From NCBI RefSeq assembly GCF_006345805.1, contig NC_042997.1:160022001-160086000 (forward strand): a DNA stretch of 64,000 nt, read 5' to 3'. Below, one piece after another: positions 38,446 to 52,228 of the stretch; the stretch's first letter is position 1; every line of letters begins with the position of its first letter. The notes under the pieces are model-generated. The model searched no databases and had not been told where the DNA came from. It saw only the letters and a list, made by a program, of their open reading frames with translations. Both the position numbers and the translations under genes were made by a program. The DNA is from Octopus sinensis (lineage: Eukaryota).

Positions 38446-41400
38446 AGACCAGACAGAATTTTCATAAGGGATTGTTGAGCGCGAGAGTGTCGGTGGAGGG
38501 ACGGCGGCGGCCTAGATGTTACAAATGTGGTGAGAAAGATCACGTCGCTCCGAGTGCGAGAAAGTAAAAAAGCTGACGCAGAAGAAAGAAGTGCTCCCTC
38601 CCCAACTGGAAAAAAATGCGAAAGAAGAAAAAATCAAATCGGCGGAAGAAACAAGTAAAACCAAAAAAAGTCAAGAAAAAGAGAAACCAAAAGAAACAGA
38701 AAAAGAGAAAGAAACAACAGAACAAATGGAGTATGCAGTAGTAACTCATAAAAGGAAAAAATCCCTTGGCCCTGACTCCCCACCTTACACTGCTAAAATC
38801 ATTTTAGCACCAATGGCTACACCAGATGGAAAAGATACAGGAGGAGGGGAAGACGAAAGTCGTGAAGCCCCTCCTCAAACCTAAAAGAAAAACAAGGTAA
38901 ACAACAATAATTTTTATCACGATGATTAAGTTAGGGTGTATAAATGTGCGTGGTCTGGGTTCGAAATGGAAGCATACAAGCTACCTAGACGACCTCAGGT
39001 CACGGAAGATAGATATATGTGTAGTGACTGAGTCCAAGCTGAACGGGCCACAGGCGTTCTCTCCTCTTCAGAATGCCTACGAGAAGTTTATTTCTCCGAG
39101 TCAAGGAAGGGGTAGGGGCTTTGTGGTGCTGGTCAAAAGAAGCTTGGACGTACAGGTAAGTACAGTCTTTCTAGACCCAGAAGGTAGGCTGGTCGTTCTA
39201 GATGTGGCACAGGTGAGTAAGCAGTCCTTCAGGTTGGTGGCCGTCTATGCTCCAAAAGAGGATAGTCAAACAATCTTTATTAAGGACTTTGAGAATTTCC
39301 TAATGACGTCGAAAACTTTAGTTTTAACAGGAGACTTCAACACTATTCTCAACGTGGATAGTGTAGGCTCGAATAATAGAAAAGGAAGCCCTGGCCTAAA
39401 AAGGCTACTAGCGAGCTATAAACTAGTAGACCGCTACAGACTGGATGAACCGCTCGTTTCACAGTGGACGTGGTCTAATAACGATGGTTCACCCAGGTCT
39501 TACTTAGATAGGGTTATAATAAAAGATATTGACAGAGATATAGGTAGTTGTCCACATTTTCACTGTGACTCTTACACGGATCACAAATTTGTGACGTGTG
39601 AGGTGCAGTTAGCTAAGTGTCATAGACAGGGACCCGGGGACTGGAAGTTGAACAAGTCTATTTTGACTAGTAAAGTCTTCCGTACCAGAGTTAAGGAGTT
39701 AGTACAGAGGGCATTATGCGGAGCTGTCGTAAACAACATATGGTGGTGCGCCCTCAAACGAACCATTCGTTTAGAGTCACTCAGATTTAGTAAAGAGCTA
39801 AATTTAGAGGGAACTAGATTAGAAGGGCAGTTAACTAAGGAATTAGAGGAGGCCATAGCATCAGGCTCTGCATCCAGAGTGTTGGCGGCGAGAACGGTAT
39901 TATTCCGGCACCCCCAAGCCAAACATGAAGGGTGTAGAGTCAGGGCTAAGTTACGCGCGGTGGGCAGAGAAGGCATTGACGTTGCTGGATTGGCCCGTCG
40001 TGTGGAGAGTCGGAGAGGCAGAGAAGTCGCTGTACAGTCTTTAATTGACGAACAGGGTCGCCTGATCGAAGGACAAGAGGAGATGCAGAAGGCCTTTCAT
40101 CAACATTTCGCCCGGTTGTTTGGGACGAGCGAGGCGTTGGACCATGGAGAGCGCTTAAGGCAATTCCTGGCCGACGAACCGCGACTCTCGGCGAGTGAGG
40201 CGAGGTGCTGTGAAGGGCCTATCACGGCTGCGGAGGTCAAAGAGGTGCTGGCCGAATGCGCTTGGGACAAGTCGCCAGGGCTGGATGGTCTGCCCTACGA
40301 GTTTTACAGTAGTATGCCGGACTTGTTCGGACACATGCTGGCTTGCGTGTACACGAGCTGGCAGCAGAATGGGAGAAATCCCAGTTCTGTGAGTCGGGGA
40401 GTGGTAACATTGGTCAGAAAAGACCAGAGCAATTTCAGGCCCATAACTCTACTAAATGTAGAGTTAAAGATTTTGGCCAAGGTGCTAGCAAAAAGGTTGA
40501 CGGTTGTCGCGGAGAAACTTGTCGGGAAGGCGCAAATATTTGCCATCCCTGGCAAGTCGATCCAGAAGAATCTTCATCTCTTATGCTACACCTTAGACAG
40601 GGTGGGTAAAGTTTCCGGTAAAGGTGGGGCGCTGGTCCATTTAGACCAGAGTAAAGCCTTCGATAGGGTTTACCATCGGTATCTGGCGGCAGTCCTTGGG
40701 ACGGCTGGGCTGGGCCCAGTATTCCGCCGTTGGATCAAGGACATTTACAACGGCATCAAACCCACAGTACAGTTGAACGCTTTCCTGTCGGAACCGTTCG
40801 AAATCAAGCGTTCAATTCGTCAAAGGTGCCCTTGTCTCCGCTTCGGTATGTACTGACTCTCGAGCCATTGCTGGAAAAGTTGGGAAGTACCACTAATGAA
40901 ATCGGATGTGGTAAGAGTGTCTCTGCATAGGCGGATGACGTCACCATCACCGCATCAAAGATGACTCAGCTACCTCGTGTAGCGAAGGCAATCAGAAAAT
41001 ACGAGACGGTGGCAAGGGCAAAAACTAACGGCTCGGTACCTGGAGCAGCAAGCCGATGACGTCCAGTGTCGTGGGGCACTGGACGGATGGTCCTGTTAAG
41101 TTGCTTGGAGTCTGATTTGGACCAGGCTCCCAGACGGAGAAGATTTGGAGTGAGGTGACGAACAAGAGAGAAGCGCTAACCCGGACCTGGTCCAGACAGC
41201 GCTGTCCTTGAAAGGAGGGCGGAGGTGGTGCAGACGTTTATTGCGTCTGTTACCACCTACCGTCTGACCGTCGTTCCTTGCCACGATTTGTGGCTAAACA
41301 AGCTGGTTCGAGCTCTCCTCCGCTTTTTATGGAGGGGAAAGCCGCTTGTGAGGCGCTCCGTGTGCTGTCTAGAGCTGTTAAAGAGTGGCCTAGGGATGTC

Positions 41401-42480
41401 ATGGCTGCTGATGTGCAAACATGCATTGAGACTAAGGCATCTCTGACTTTACCTGGATGGTGGTCAGGTGTGGAATTCGCTCGCAGGGCAATTCTTTCCA
41501 CGACCAGCCTCCCTGGAGGAATTTAAACCTGGTTTGATTAAAAGACAAATCACGACTGAATGGCAAAAGGAATGTCGGCAGGCACTTGCACTAATCTTCA
41601 AGGCGGGTAAGGCCGGCAGCGAAAATACCACCTCTGCATTTTACAAAGGGTTGGTAGAGTTTAAAAGTGACGACGTTCTAGGAGAGACTCTGGGACTCGA
41701 TAAGGACCAGCTATCCAACCGGTTTCGGAACACTTTCGGGGTAGGGTATTTGGACAATTACCAAAGATTCCTGACCTGGCAGTACTTCAGGAACGCGTCA
41801 CCTGTTTGCGAGAAATTGTCCAGGCACGGGATTTCAGTGCCACCCGAATGTCCAAGATGCGGGCAGGATAAGGAATCTATCCTGCACGCTCTTGTACAAT
41901 GCACCCAGCTTTCGGAGATGACAATTTACGTAGAACACGTGTTGTCACATTTAGGAAGAGTACAGCTATCAGCTGAGTTTGTTATTAAGAATGTACCGCC
42001 CACCGGATTATCTAAGGAAGGTGAGGCTTGTTTTCTATGTACAGTCGCAGTTATGAAAGAGTGTGCATGGAGAACTAGAATGCAAGGTTTGACGTCAGGA
42101 CCTTCATCTCCGGCTCTGGAATCCTATATTACTACAGGTACCACCTGAAAAGCAAGATAGGGCTGGAGAGAAAGCGCCTGTCGAAAAGAGCATATGAAGA
42201 AAGATGGAAAGATGTGGTAAGGAAGTTGGGAGTGTGTGCCCCTACTTAACTCATCCATGGTAAAAAGAAAAGGTGTAGCAGTTGGAACTTTAAAAAGAAA
42301 TTGGAACTTAAAACAGCTAAAAAGAAGGAACATCAACATTTAAAAATAAAACCTATTATATTAGTCATTTTTATTTATTTTCATAACAAAATCGCTAAAT
42401 AACCCTTTTAAATGTTTGTAGTGTCCTGTGTTGTCCTTTCTATGTTTGATTGTTTTTATCGTAATAAAGAGAATTGCTGG
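38446..42480 (+). mobile_element. Tx1/L1-clade LINE: ORF1 tail with CCHC knuckle, ORF2 APE + RT + zf-RVT, 3' UTR with AATAAA
   Basis: RCYKCGEKDH at about 38515. ORF 38922-40856 (INVRGL, GDFN, SYLDR, DHK, PGLDGL, FRPITLLN, DQSKAFDRV). CPRCGQDKESILHALVQC in 41468-42148. Stops and frameshifts after 40856. Confidence 0.95.
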
Positions 42481-45365
42481 GTTCGGCTACACCACATTGA
42501 TAAAAGGTAAACACCTCGAAACTATTCTGTGGATGCCAGACCAGCAAGGAGAAGCTGCAGACTTCCCCCTGTTCGAAGGTTTTAATGGACACAGGTTTGT
42601 GTGTCACATAGCTAGCTAGAGGCGACGGCCTCTTGGAGCTGATCAACGGCTTCATTCGTCCTATTTTTCTGGACTGCCATATTAGCTTGGCGATAACTAT
42701 TAATATCCATTACAGTTGCCCTAGTCTCCTTTAGAGAGAATTCGAAATAATAATATCTCTATCAATAATTTTCCTATATTCTTATTCGGTCTGAAGGCTA
42801 CAATAGGTGGCTGAGGAAATATCTGTTTTAAACGAGGATATTTTTTCGCCACATGCTGGTAATTTTCATGCAACTCTTTTGAAATGCCAGCGAAATTTCG
42901 GTGCCAGTTAATCACTGAATGAATTCTGCCATCTATTGATTGTGTTTGCTAAAATTATGCGTGAAGGTTTGACTCTCTTTGCTAATCTCAGATAATTCAT
43001 TTGCTATTTCCTTTAATCGTGATTCACTGTAACCGCGTTTGACATAATGATGTACAAAAGTATTTGCATGTTTCCAGTAATCCCCTATGTCAGTACAAAT
43101 CCGTTTTATCCTCAAAAATTGGTATTTCGGATTTGACCGATTAATATAATGTGGACGATTGGAGCGGCGGTGGAGATATGTAGAGATTCTCATTTGATGT
43201 ACGCGGCAGAATGCACGAGAAACAACTTGATTTATGTTGGTTGTACAACAGAACAATTAAACAAAAGGTTTAATGGGCACATATTCGACGTCAGACACAG
43301 TAACAGTAGTTCAACGGAACTTGCCGAACATTTCGTTTCAAGCGTCTGTTATGTTTGCTTTAGGGTGTAGCGCCCCATGCAGCCTCATCAACTTTCTCGT
43401 CCTTCTATCCAGTGTTAATATTTCCTCCTTTTTGATACGCCTCGCTGACCTTGACTTTTATTTCTCTGTGTAGAATGTCATCCATCTCCAAAATCCCTAA
43501 ATATCTATACCCACAACCGTCGGGTTCACCCATGGTCTCTCCTGATGGTAACTTCACTCCTCTGCAGGCTGCTTTCTTCCCTCTTTCCATATTAAGTACT
43601 GAGCATTTGGTAATCCCAAATTTCATACCGATGTCCCAACCACACTTCTGGACTGTTTTGGTTAAGAACCCTATCTGTTTTTCAATTTTCCCAAATAATT
43701 TCAGGTCATCCATAAACAGAAGATGGTACATGAGTTATGAAGGTGTTGAGTCTAGGCAAGGAATTATATTATACAGGTACCACCTGAAAAGCAAGATAGG
43801 GCTGGAGAGAAAGCGCCTGTCGAAAAGAGCATATGAAGAAAGATGGAAAGATGTGGTAAGGAAGTTGGGAGTGTGTGCCCTACTTAACTCATCCATGGTA
43901 AAAAGAAAAGGTGTAGCAGTTGGAACTTTAAAAAGAAATTGGAACTTAAAACAGCTAAAAAGAAGGAACATCAACATTTAAAAATAAAACCTATTATATT
44001 AGTCATTTTTATTTATTTTCATAACAAAATCGCTAAATAACCCTTTTAAATGTTTGTAGTGTCCTGTGTTGTCCTTTCTATGTTTGATTGTTTTTATCGT
44101 AATAAAGAGAATTGCTGGGTTCGGCTACACCACATTGATAAAAGGTAAACACCTCGAAACTATTCTGTGGATGCCAGACCAGCAAGGAGAAGCTGCAGAC
44201 TTCCCCCTGTTCGAAGGTTTTAATGGACACAGGTTTGTGTGTCACATAGCTAGCTAGAGGCGACGGCCTCTTGGAGCTGATCAACGGCTTCATTCGTCCT
44301 ATTTTTCTGGACTGCCATATTAGCTTGGCGATAACTATTAATATCCATTACAGTTGCCCTAGTCTCCTTTAGAGAGAATTCGAAATAATAATATCTCTAT
44401 CAATAATTTTCCTATATTCTTATTCGGTCTGAAGGCTACAATAGGTGGCTGAGGAAATATCTGTTTTAAACGAGGATATTTTTTCGCCACATGCTGGTAA
44501 TTTTCATGCAACTCTTTTGAAATGCCAGCGAAATTTCGGTGCCAGTTAATCACTGAATGAATTCTGCCATCTATTGATTGTGTTTGCTAAAATTATGCGT
44601 GAAGGTTTGACTCTCTTTGCTAATCTCAGATAATTCATTTGCTATTTCCTTTAATCGTGATTCACTGTAACCGCGTTTGACATAATGATGTACAAAAGTA
44701 TTTGCATGTTTCCAGTAATCCCCTATGTCAGTACAAATCCGTTTTATCCTCAAAAATTGGTATTTCGGATTTGACCGATTAATATAATGTGGACGATTGG
44801 AGCGGCGGTGGAGATATGTAGAGATTCTCATTTGATGTACGCGGCAGAATGCACGAGAAACAACTTGATTTATGTTGGTTGTACAACAGAACAATTAAAC
44901 AAAAGGTTTAATGGGCACATATTCGACGTCAGACACAGTAACAGTAGTTCAACGGAACTTGCCGAACATTTCGTTTCAAGCGTCTGTTTATGTTTGCTTT
45001 AGGGTGTAGCGCCCCATGCAGCCTCATCAACTTTCTCGTCCTTCTATCCAGTGTTAATATTTCCTCCTTTTTGATACGCCTCGCTGACCTTGACTTTTAT
45101 TTCTCTGTGTAGAATGTCATCCATCTCCAAAATCCCTAAATATCTATACCCACAACCGTCGGGTTCACCCATGGTCTCTCCTGATGGTAACTTCACTCCT
45201 CTGCAGGCTGCTTTCTTCCCTCTTTCCATATTAAGTACTGAGCATTTGGTAATCCCAAATTTCATACCGATGTCCCAACCACACTTCTGGACTGTTTGGT
45301 TAAGAACCCTATCTGTTTTTCAATTTTCCCAAATAATTTCAGGTCATCCATAAACAGAAGATGGT
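42133..45365. repeat. Tandem duplication of about 1.6 kb (42133-43727 and 43772-45365) with a 44-nt junction
   Basis: Identical ORF translations offset by 1638-1639; differences seen are mostly 1-nt homopolymer indels. Confidence 0.95.
42490..43345. mobile_element. Penelope-like fragment with internal inversion (duplicate at about 44128-44985)
   Basis: Minus strand: post-RT region (YQFLRIKRICTD...KRGY, PPIVAFRPNKNI). Plus strand from about 43165: GIY-YIG (LIYVGCTTEQLNKRFNGH). Confidence 0.8.
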
Positions 45366-46380
45366 TGAATGATTGGCCTTTGTTCATCACATCGGTAACC
45401 CTTCTTACGTTTCCTAAGTGTCATTGTTATGGGTATTAGTGCAATTATAAAAAATAGGAACGGTGAAAATGAGTCACCTTGGAAGATTCCCATTTTAATA
45501 TTAACTTCTCCAAGGAATACACTACCTGAGTACAATTTGGTTTTCTACTTTTTCCTGCTAGGCATCAGAAAATTTGTGACATTGTCTGCAACACCGAACA
45601 TCTGCAGGCATTCAACGGTCCAAAAATAAGGCACCATATCATGTGCCTTCTTAAAGTCAATCCAAGCCATAGACATGTTTGTATGATGTTTTTTACAATG
45701 CTTCAAAACTGCTTAATCGAAGACCAGGTGATACTTGGTACCCTGAGAACTCTTCCTACATCATTTCTGTTCCTTGGTAGTATTTCTTCCTGTGCCAGGA
45801 AAGTGTATGTCTTTGCCTCACATATTCCAGTGAGTATCTTCCAGATTATGTTTAGGTATGCTATTGGACAGTACTTTCCTACAATATTCCCCTTTCTTCT
45901 ATCTTTCTTTACCAGTGTTGTCCTCTCAGTCACCATCCACGCGGGGACTGTACCTATCTGGATACACTCATTTAATTGGGCTTCTAGTCTTTCATGCATC
46001 GCGTGGTTTCTCTTCTGCCAGAAGCCATGAATCCTATCTGGTCCGGGGGGGCTCCAGTTAGGCACTTGTTCTTTCACATCACCCGTGCTTATGACAATAT
46101 TCCTTTGTTTCATTCCTCCTTGTAATTCTGTCTTGATAGTTCCTAACCACATTGATTCACTTTTATGCACCACATCTTTCCCCCATAATCCATTCCAGAA
46201 TTTCTTGGCTTCATTTGCATCGGGAACAATATTTTCTAGATTGTCTCCTTCTTAAGTTAGGAAGAACTGATTCGGGTTATTCTTGAACGATCTGTTCTCG
46301 AACTGCATATTTCTGTTCACAAATCTTCTCATCCTCTGGCTTTTTGCCATGAACCTCTGTTTTAACTGCTCTATTACTGC
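45000..46380 (-). mobile_element. R4/Dong-like RT fragment, minus strand (duplicated part at 43350-43727)
   Basis: NWSPPGPDRIHGFW, GIFQGDSFSP, LLFMDDLK, FGITKC and YRYLGI motifs. Confidence 0.85.
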
Positions 46381-46384
46381 ATCA

Positions 46385-46429
46385 AATAATAATAATAATG
46401 ATAATAATGATAATAATGATAATAATAAT

Positions 46430-46500
<71 letters not shown>
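46385..46500. repeat. (AAT)n array; large compound AAT/GAT/AGT/AAG arrays also at 48397-48967, 49524-49870, 50361-50570, 62285-62397, 62720-63034
   Basis: Direct inspection. Confidence 0.97.
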
Positions 46501-46501
<1 letters not shown>

Positions 46502-48396
46502 TTGACTACAAAAAGGCGTTTGATAGCATCCCCCACACATGGATCCTCGAAACACTAGCCATTAACAAAGTAGCACCAACAATCATAAAATTCATAGAGC
46601 ACTCTATGAATAAATGGCAAACAGACCTACACCTCCAAACAAAAGAGGGACTCATGAACACCAAAGACATCCCCATTAGAAGAGGAATATTCCAGGGAGA
46701 CACGCTCTCTCCACTCCTTTTCTGCTTGGCACTGTCACCTCTATCTGATATGCTAAATAGAACTGGATGCGGATATAAATGTTACGGCAAAACAATCAGC
46801 CACCTTTTATATATGGATGACCTAAAACTATACGCTGCAAGTGACAAACAGCTGGAAACACTATTAAAGACAGTTCATGGATTTACCAAAGAAATAGATA
46901 TGAAATTTGGATTAGAAAAATGCGCCAAAGTAACCCTGAAAAAATGAAAAGTAGTTAAGAGTAACAACATCACACTAGATAAAACCAATGAAATAAAAGA
47001 ATTAGATCAAAGCCAAACTTACAAATACTTAGGAATCCATGAACTAGATAAGACACAACACACACAAATGAAAGAGAAAATAAAAAAAGAATATTATAGA
47101 CGAGTTAGATCAATACTAAAAACAGAGCTCAATGCTAAAAACAAGATAATAGGTATCAACACTTTAGCTGTCCCAGTTAAAACAAGAAAAATAATGACAA
47201 AATCTGACATAGAAAGACTATATTTATAACGTATAGAAGGTGGTAGAGGTCTTATACAGCTGGAAAACTACTATAAAATAACCACCATAGGACTGCAAAA
47301 ATATCTACTTCAGAAGGAAGGAAAACTGATCCAGATAGCGGCAAAACACGAGCAAAACAAAAAACTGTTCTCAGTATTTAAGGAAGCTGACAAATACAAA
47401 CAAGAAATCATACCACCTAATAAACATGAAGAAGAAGAAGAAGAAGAAGAAGAAGAAGAAACAAAACAAAAGCTATAAAACAAATGAAATCCAAGCTAAA
47501 AATAGAACAGCAACGAACCATGATAAAACGATGGCAAGAAAAGCCCCTTCATGGTAAATACTGGACTAAACTAAACGCAAAAGAAATAGACAAAGAAAAA
47601 TCCCAGCAATGATTGAGAAGCTCAGGACTCAAAGCAGAAACAGAGGGATTTTTAATCGCAGCACAAGACCAAAGCCTCCCCACCAGAAATTACCAAAAAC
47701 ATGTAATGAAAAGAAATATTACAAGTAACTGCAGAATATGTGGAGATGGACAAGAAACAATAAATCATATTATCTCTAGCTGCCCAGTCCTGGCTAAGAA
47801 GGAATATATTCACAGACATGACAGAGTTGGAACCTACATACATTGGAAGCTATGCCAACATTATGGAATAACAACAGAAAAAAGATGGTATAGGCACACA
47901 CCAGAAAAGGTCACAGAAAACGAGAAAGCAACCATACTCTGGGATATGCCGATACACACAGATAGAGAAATTAAGGCCAACAGACCAGATATAGTTGTCA
48001 GAGACCATGAAGAAAAAAAATGCTTTCTAATTGATGTATCAATACCGGCTGATGACAACGTGTCTCTAAAAGAAATGGAGAAACTCTCAAAATACAAAGA
48101 CCTGGAAATAGAGGTAACTAGAATGTGGAATCTGAAAACAGAAACAATTCCTATCATAGTAGGTGCATTAGGCATGATAAAAAAATATTCAGACAAATAC
48201 ATAACAAAAACACCAGGACTTACAAACACATATAACATACAGAAAATTGCACTACTAGGCACTGCACACATCCTACGCAGAACACTTTCCATACAATAAC
48301 CATCAGAGCATCACAACAAATCACAGCACATACCCAAGGCACACAGAGCTGCGCTCGGTAGTGAAGTGAAAGCACGCTATAAAAATAAAATTACTG
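46501..48396 (+). mobile_element. R4/Dong-clade LINE, 5'-truncated, relatively young; same family as 35326-38430
   Basis: RGIFQGDTLSP and YMDDLK motifs; intact 228-aa C-terminal ORF 47613-48299 (CRICG...HIISSC, RHD, NRPDI, IDVSIP, KLSKY); flanked by (AAT)n on both sides. Confidence 0.95.
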
Positions 48397-48472
48397 AATA
48401 ATAATAATAATAGTAATAATGATAATAATAATAATAATAATGATAATAGTAATGATAATGATAATGATAATA

Positions 48473-48519
<47 letters not shown>

Positions 48520-48676
48520 GATGATGATGATGACAATGATGATGATGATGATGATAATGATGATAATAATAATAATGATAATAATGATAATAATAATAAT
48601 AATAATAATGATAATAATAATAATGATAATAATAATAATAATAATAATGATAATAGTAATGATAATGATAATGATT

Positions 48677-48710
<34 letters not shown>

Positions 48711-48760
48711 TAATGATGATAATAATGATGATGATGATGATAATGATGATGATGATGATG

Positions 48761-48818
<58 letters not shown>

Positions 48819-48842
48819 TGAAGATGATGATGATGATGATGA

Positions 48843-48877
<35 letters not shown>

Positions 48878-48967
48878 ATAGTAAGAGTAATATTAATAGT
48901 AATAGTAATAGTAATAGTAATAATAATAATAGTAATAATAATAATAGTAATAATAATAATAATAATA

Positions 48968-49523
48968 ATGGCTCTCATGGCTGCAGTGGCTCTCATGGCT
49001 GCAGTGGCTCTCATGGCTTCTGATCTTAACTGATTGGAAGTGTTATCATGTACATTGTTTTGTCTTGGTATAAAAGATGGGCTACAGCAAATATTCTGCT
49101 CAATATCACAGATTTGCTTGTCAGTTGTTTGACCTTAACCAGTTGAGCATGTCCCTTAGTGGCTGACGATATGTGCATCTCTGATCACGAGCAGAAGTAG
49201 TGGGGGAGCATCATAGCCATGTGTTGAGAGGGATTCTTTGGGGTTTGAATAGTTCACCTCTGGAAACATGGGTGGTTCTTTCAACATCCTTAAACAACCC
49301 TTATTCAGGGACCGTTTGAGCGGGATGGGCTACTCAACCTGAAGAAAATTCTAACTGGGCCCCACCTGCAAGGTCATGTGCTGTTTATCTTGATATGAGA
49401 TCACCATGTCGCGCACATATGGTTGTGATGCATGTGCCTGGTGTACCTTTATCAGACGGGTAGTCATGATGGGTATATTGGGCTTCGTATATTTTACCCC
49501 AGTGTCACTTTGCTCTCTCACTC
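48968..49523 (+). mobile_element. Non-coding (AAT)n-associated retroposon, copy 1 (starts with an 18-bp tandem repeat x2.7)
   Basis: Homologous to 49871-50360(+) and 62398-62719(-); shared 3' end GCTCTCTCAC followed by (AAT)n. Confidence 0.8.
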
Positions 49524-49571
49524 AATAATAATAATAATAATAATATTAATATTAATAATAATAATAATAAT

Positions 49572-49625
<54 letters not shown>

Positions 49626-49645
49626 GATGATGATGATGATGATGA

Positions 49646-49698
<53 letters not shown>

Positions 49699-49793
49699 AT
49701 AGTAATAGTAATAGTAATAATAATAATAGTAATAATAACAACAATAATAATAATAATAATAATAATAAGAAGAAGAAGAAGAAGAAGAAGAAC

Positions 49794-49837
<44 letters not shown>

Positions 49838-49870
49838 TAATAATAATGATAATAATAATAATAATAATAA

Positions 49871-50360
49871 AATTACCAGAGAGTGGTACACATGATTTCA
49901 AAATGGGCTACAACAAATATTCTGCTGAATGCCACAGATTTGCTTGACAATTGTTTGACCTTAACCAGTTGAGAATGTCCCTTGGTGGCTAACGATATGT
50001 GCATTTCTCATCACGAGCGGAGGTAGAGGGGGAGCATCATAGTCATGTGTTGAGAGGGATTCTTTGGGGTTTGAATAATTCACCTTTGGAAACATGGGTG
50101 TTTCGTTCAACAACCTTTAACAACCCTTATTCAGGAACCTTTTGAGCGGGATGGGTTACCCGATCAGAAGAAAATTCTATATGGGATCCACCTGCAAGAT
50201 CATGTACTGTTTATCTTGACATGAGATCACCATGTCGCGCACATATGGTTGTGATGCATGTGCCTAGTGTACCCTTATCAGACGGGTAATCATGATGGGT
50301 ATACTTGGCTGCGTATATTTTACCGCAGTGTCATTTTGATGGCATGCACTGCTCTCTCAC
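49871..50360 (+). mobile_element. Non-coding (AAT)n-associated retroposon, copy 2
   Basis: Homologous to 48968-49523, with a different 5' end. Confidence 0.8.
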
Positions 50361-50424
<64 letters not shown>

Positions 50425-50681
50425 GAGGATGGAGAAGAAGAAGAAGAAGAAGAAGAAGAAGAAGAGAAGAAGAAGAAGAAGAAGAAGAAGAAGAAGAAGA
50501 AGAAGAAATGACGATGACAATGATTATGATGATGATGATGATTATGATGATGACGATGATGATGATGACGATCTCTCACTCTGACGCTTTCTCTATATTT
50601 CAGTTCTGCATTGACAACTGCTGTATGCATGTATGCATGTATGCATGTATGCTTGTATGCATGTATGTATGTATGTATACT

Positions 50682-51829
50682 TATTGGGTCATCCCATAAA
50701 TAATGCAATTTTTTAATACTTCTTTTAATGTTATTTTTTAATCCCAAATATACGCTCCTTCATTTTCTACAATGCTCTTCCATCTATTTGGTAGACCTCC
50801 AAGGCCTTCATCCAAAATTCACTTAAAAATATTCCTCTAGTACTATTCTGACTTTGCCTGCATATTTTTCCGTCCAAATGATTTTGAAGACTACGGAATA
50901 AATGATAATCAGATGGGGAAATGTCTGGTGAATATGAGGTATTGGTTCTCAATTAAGCTGTTCCAGCCTCTGGAACGTCTTCCACGCTGTATGCGGCCGA
51001 GCATTATCCTGATGGAAGAACACCTTTCGTCTTGAAATCAAAGATGCACGTTCTTCTTCTAGAACTGCCTTAAGCCGCTCAAGCTGCTTGTAGTTGATCT
51101 CCTTTGTTATCGTTTGGCTTGGATTTATAAGTACAAAGTGGAATAAACTTTCCATATCCAACCAAAGAGTTAGCAATACCTTAGGTGGGTTAAGACTTTC
51201 TTTAGACTGGAGCGCCGGTGTTTCTCCTTTCACTACTCACCGTCTTCGGCGTTTGGCATTTTTATAGAGAACCCATTTCTCGTCACAATTCGGTGCAAAA
51301 GAGGTATATTCGTGAGACGTGACAGCAAGGTAAACCAAACATTCTCTCTCTGCGTGCGATTAAACTCGGAAGGTTTGTGAGGAATCCATTCACCCAATTA
51401 GCTTTTCCGATAGCACGCAGGTGTCGATGAATGGTTGAATGACCAAATCCAAACTTCTCTGTTTTTTTCCTCAACAGTTACGATGGGACTTTGTTTCGCC
51501 AGTGTTTGCAGGACGTTCTCGTCAAGCTCTACAGATCTTCAAGGACGAGGCTCGTCTTCTAGGCTGTAATTTCCGGCTTGGAATTTCGGGAACAGCGTTG
51601 GCATATAACTCATAGTACAAACTATGACGAATATTCTCGTTTGTGACTTCCATTGTAGCTTTGAAAAAATAACTTTTGAAATCGAAATTCAGTTTTCAAA
51701 ACTTGCACTAAGAATAAGTACAAAGTAAAATTACCACCTGCATTTATACCAAGTTGATACAGGTAGTTTATCCCGTCCCCCTCCGCCTTTTAATTCATGC
51801 TATCGCAAAAAACGCTTTATGACCCAATA
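50682..51829 (-). mobile_element. Near full-length mariner transposon with both TIRs, decayed
   Basis: TATTGGGTCAT (50682-50692) and ATGACCCAATA (51819-51829) with TA ends; FHQDNARPH and YSPDISPSDYHLFRSL motifs. Confidence 0.92.
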
Positions 51830-51845
51830 CATACATATATATATA

Positions 51846-52228
51846 GGCGTAGGAGTGGCTGTGTGGTAAGTTCCTTGCTTACCAACCACATGGCCCCACA
51901 TGGCACCTTGGACAAATGTCTTCTACTATAGCCTCGGGCCGACCAAAGCCTTGTAAGTGGATTTGCTAGACAGAAACTGAAAGAAGCTCGTCGTATATAT
52001 GTATATATGTATGTATGTGTATGTATATGTTTGTGTAACTGTGTTTGTCCCCCCCACCATCACTTGACAACCGATGGTGGTGTGTTTACGTCCCCGTAAC
52101 CTGGCGGTTCCGGCGAAAGAGGCCGATAGATTAAGCTTACAAAGAATAACTCCTGGGGTCGATTTGCTCGACTACAGGCGGTGCTCCAGCATGGCCACAG
52201 TCAAATGACTGAAACAAGTAAAAGAGTA
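51846..52228 (+). mobile_element. tRNA-derived SINE (Octopus OR/OK-like)
   Basis: Homologous to 3271-3623. Confidence 0.88.
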
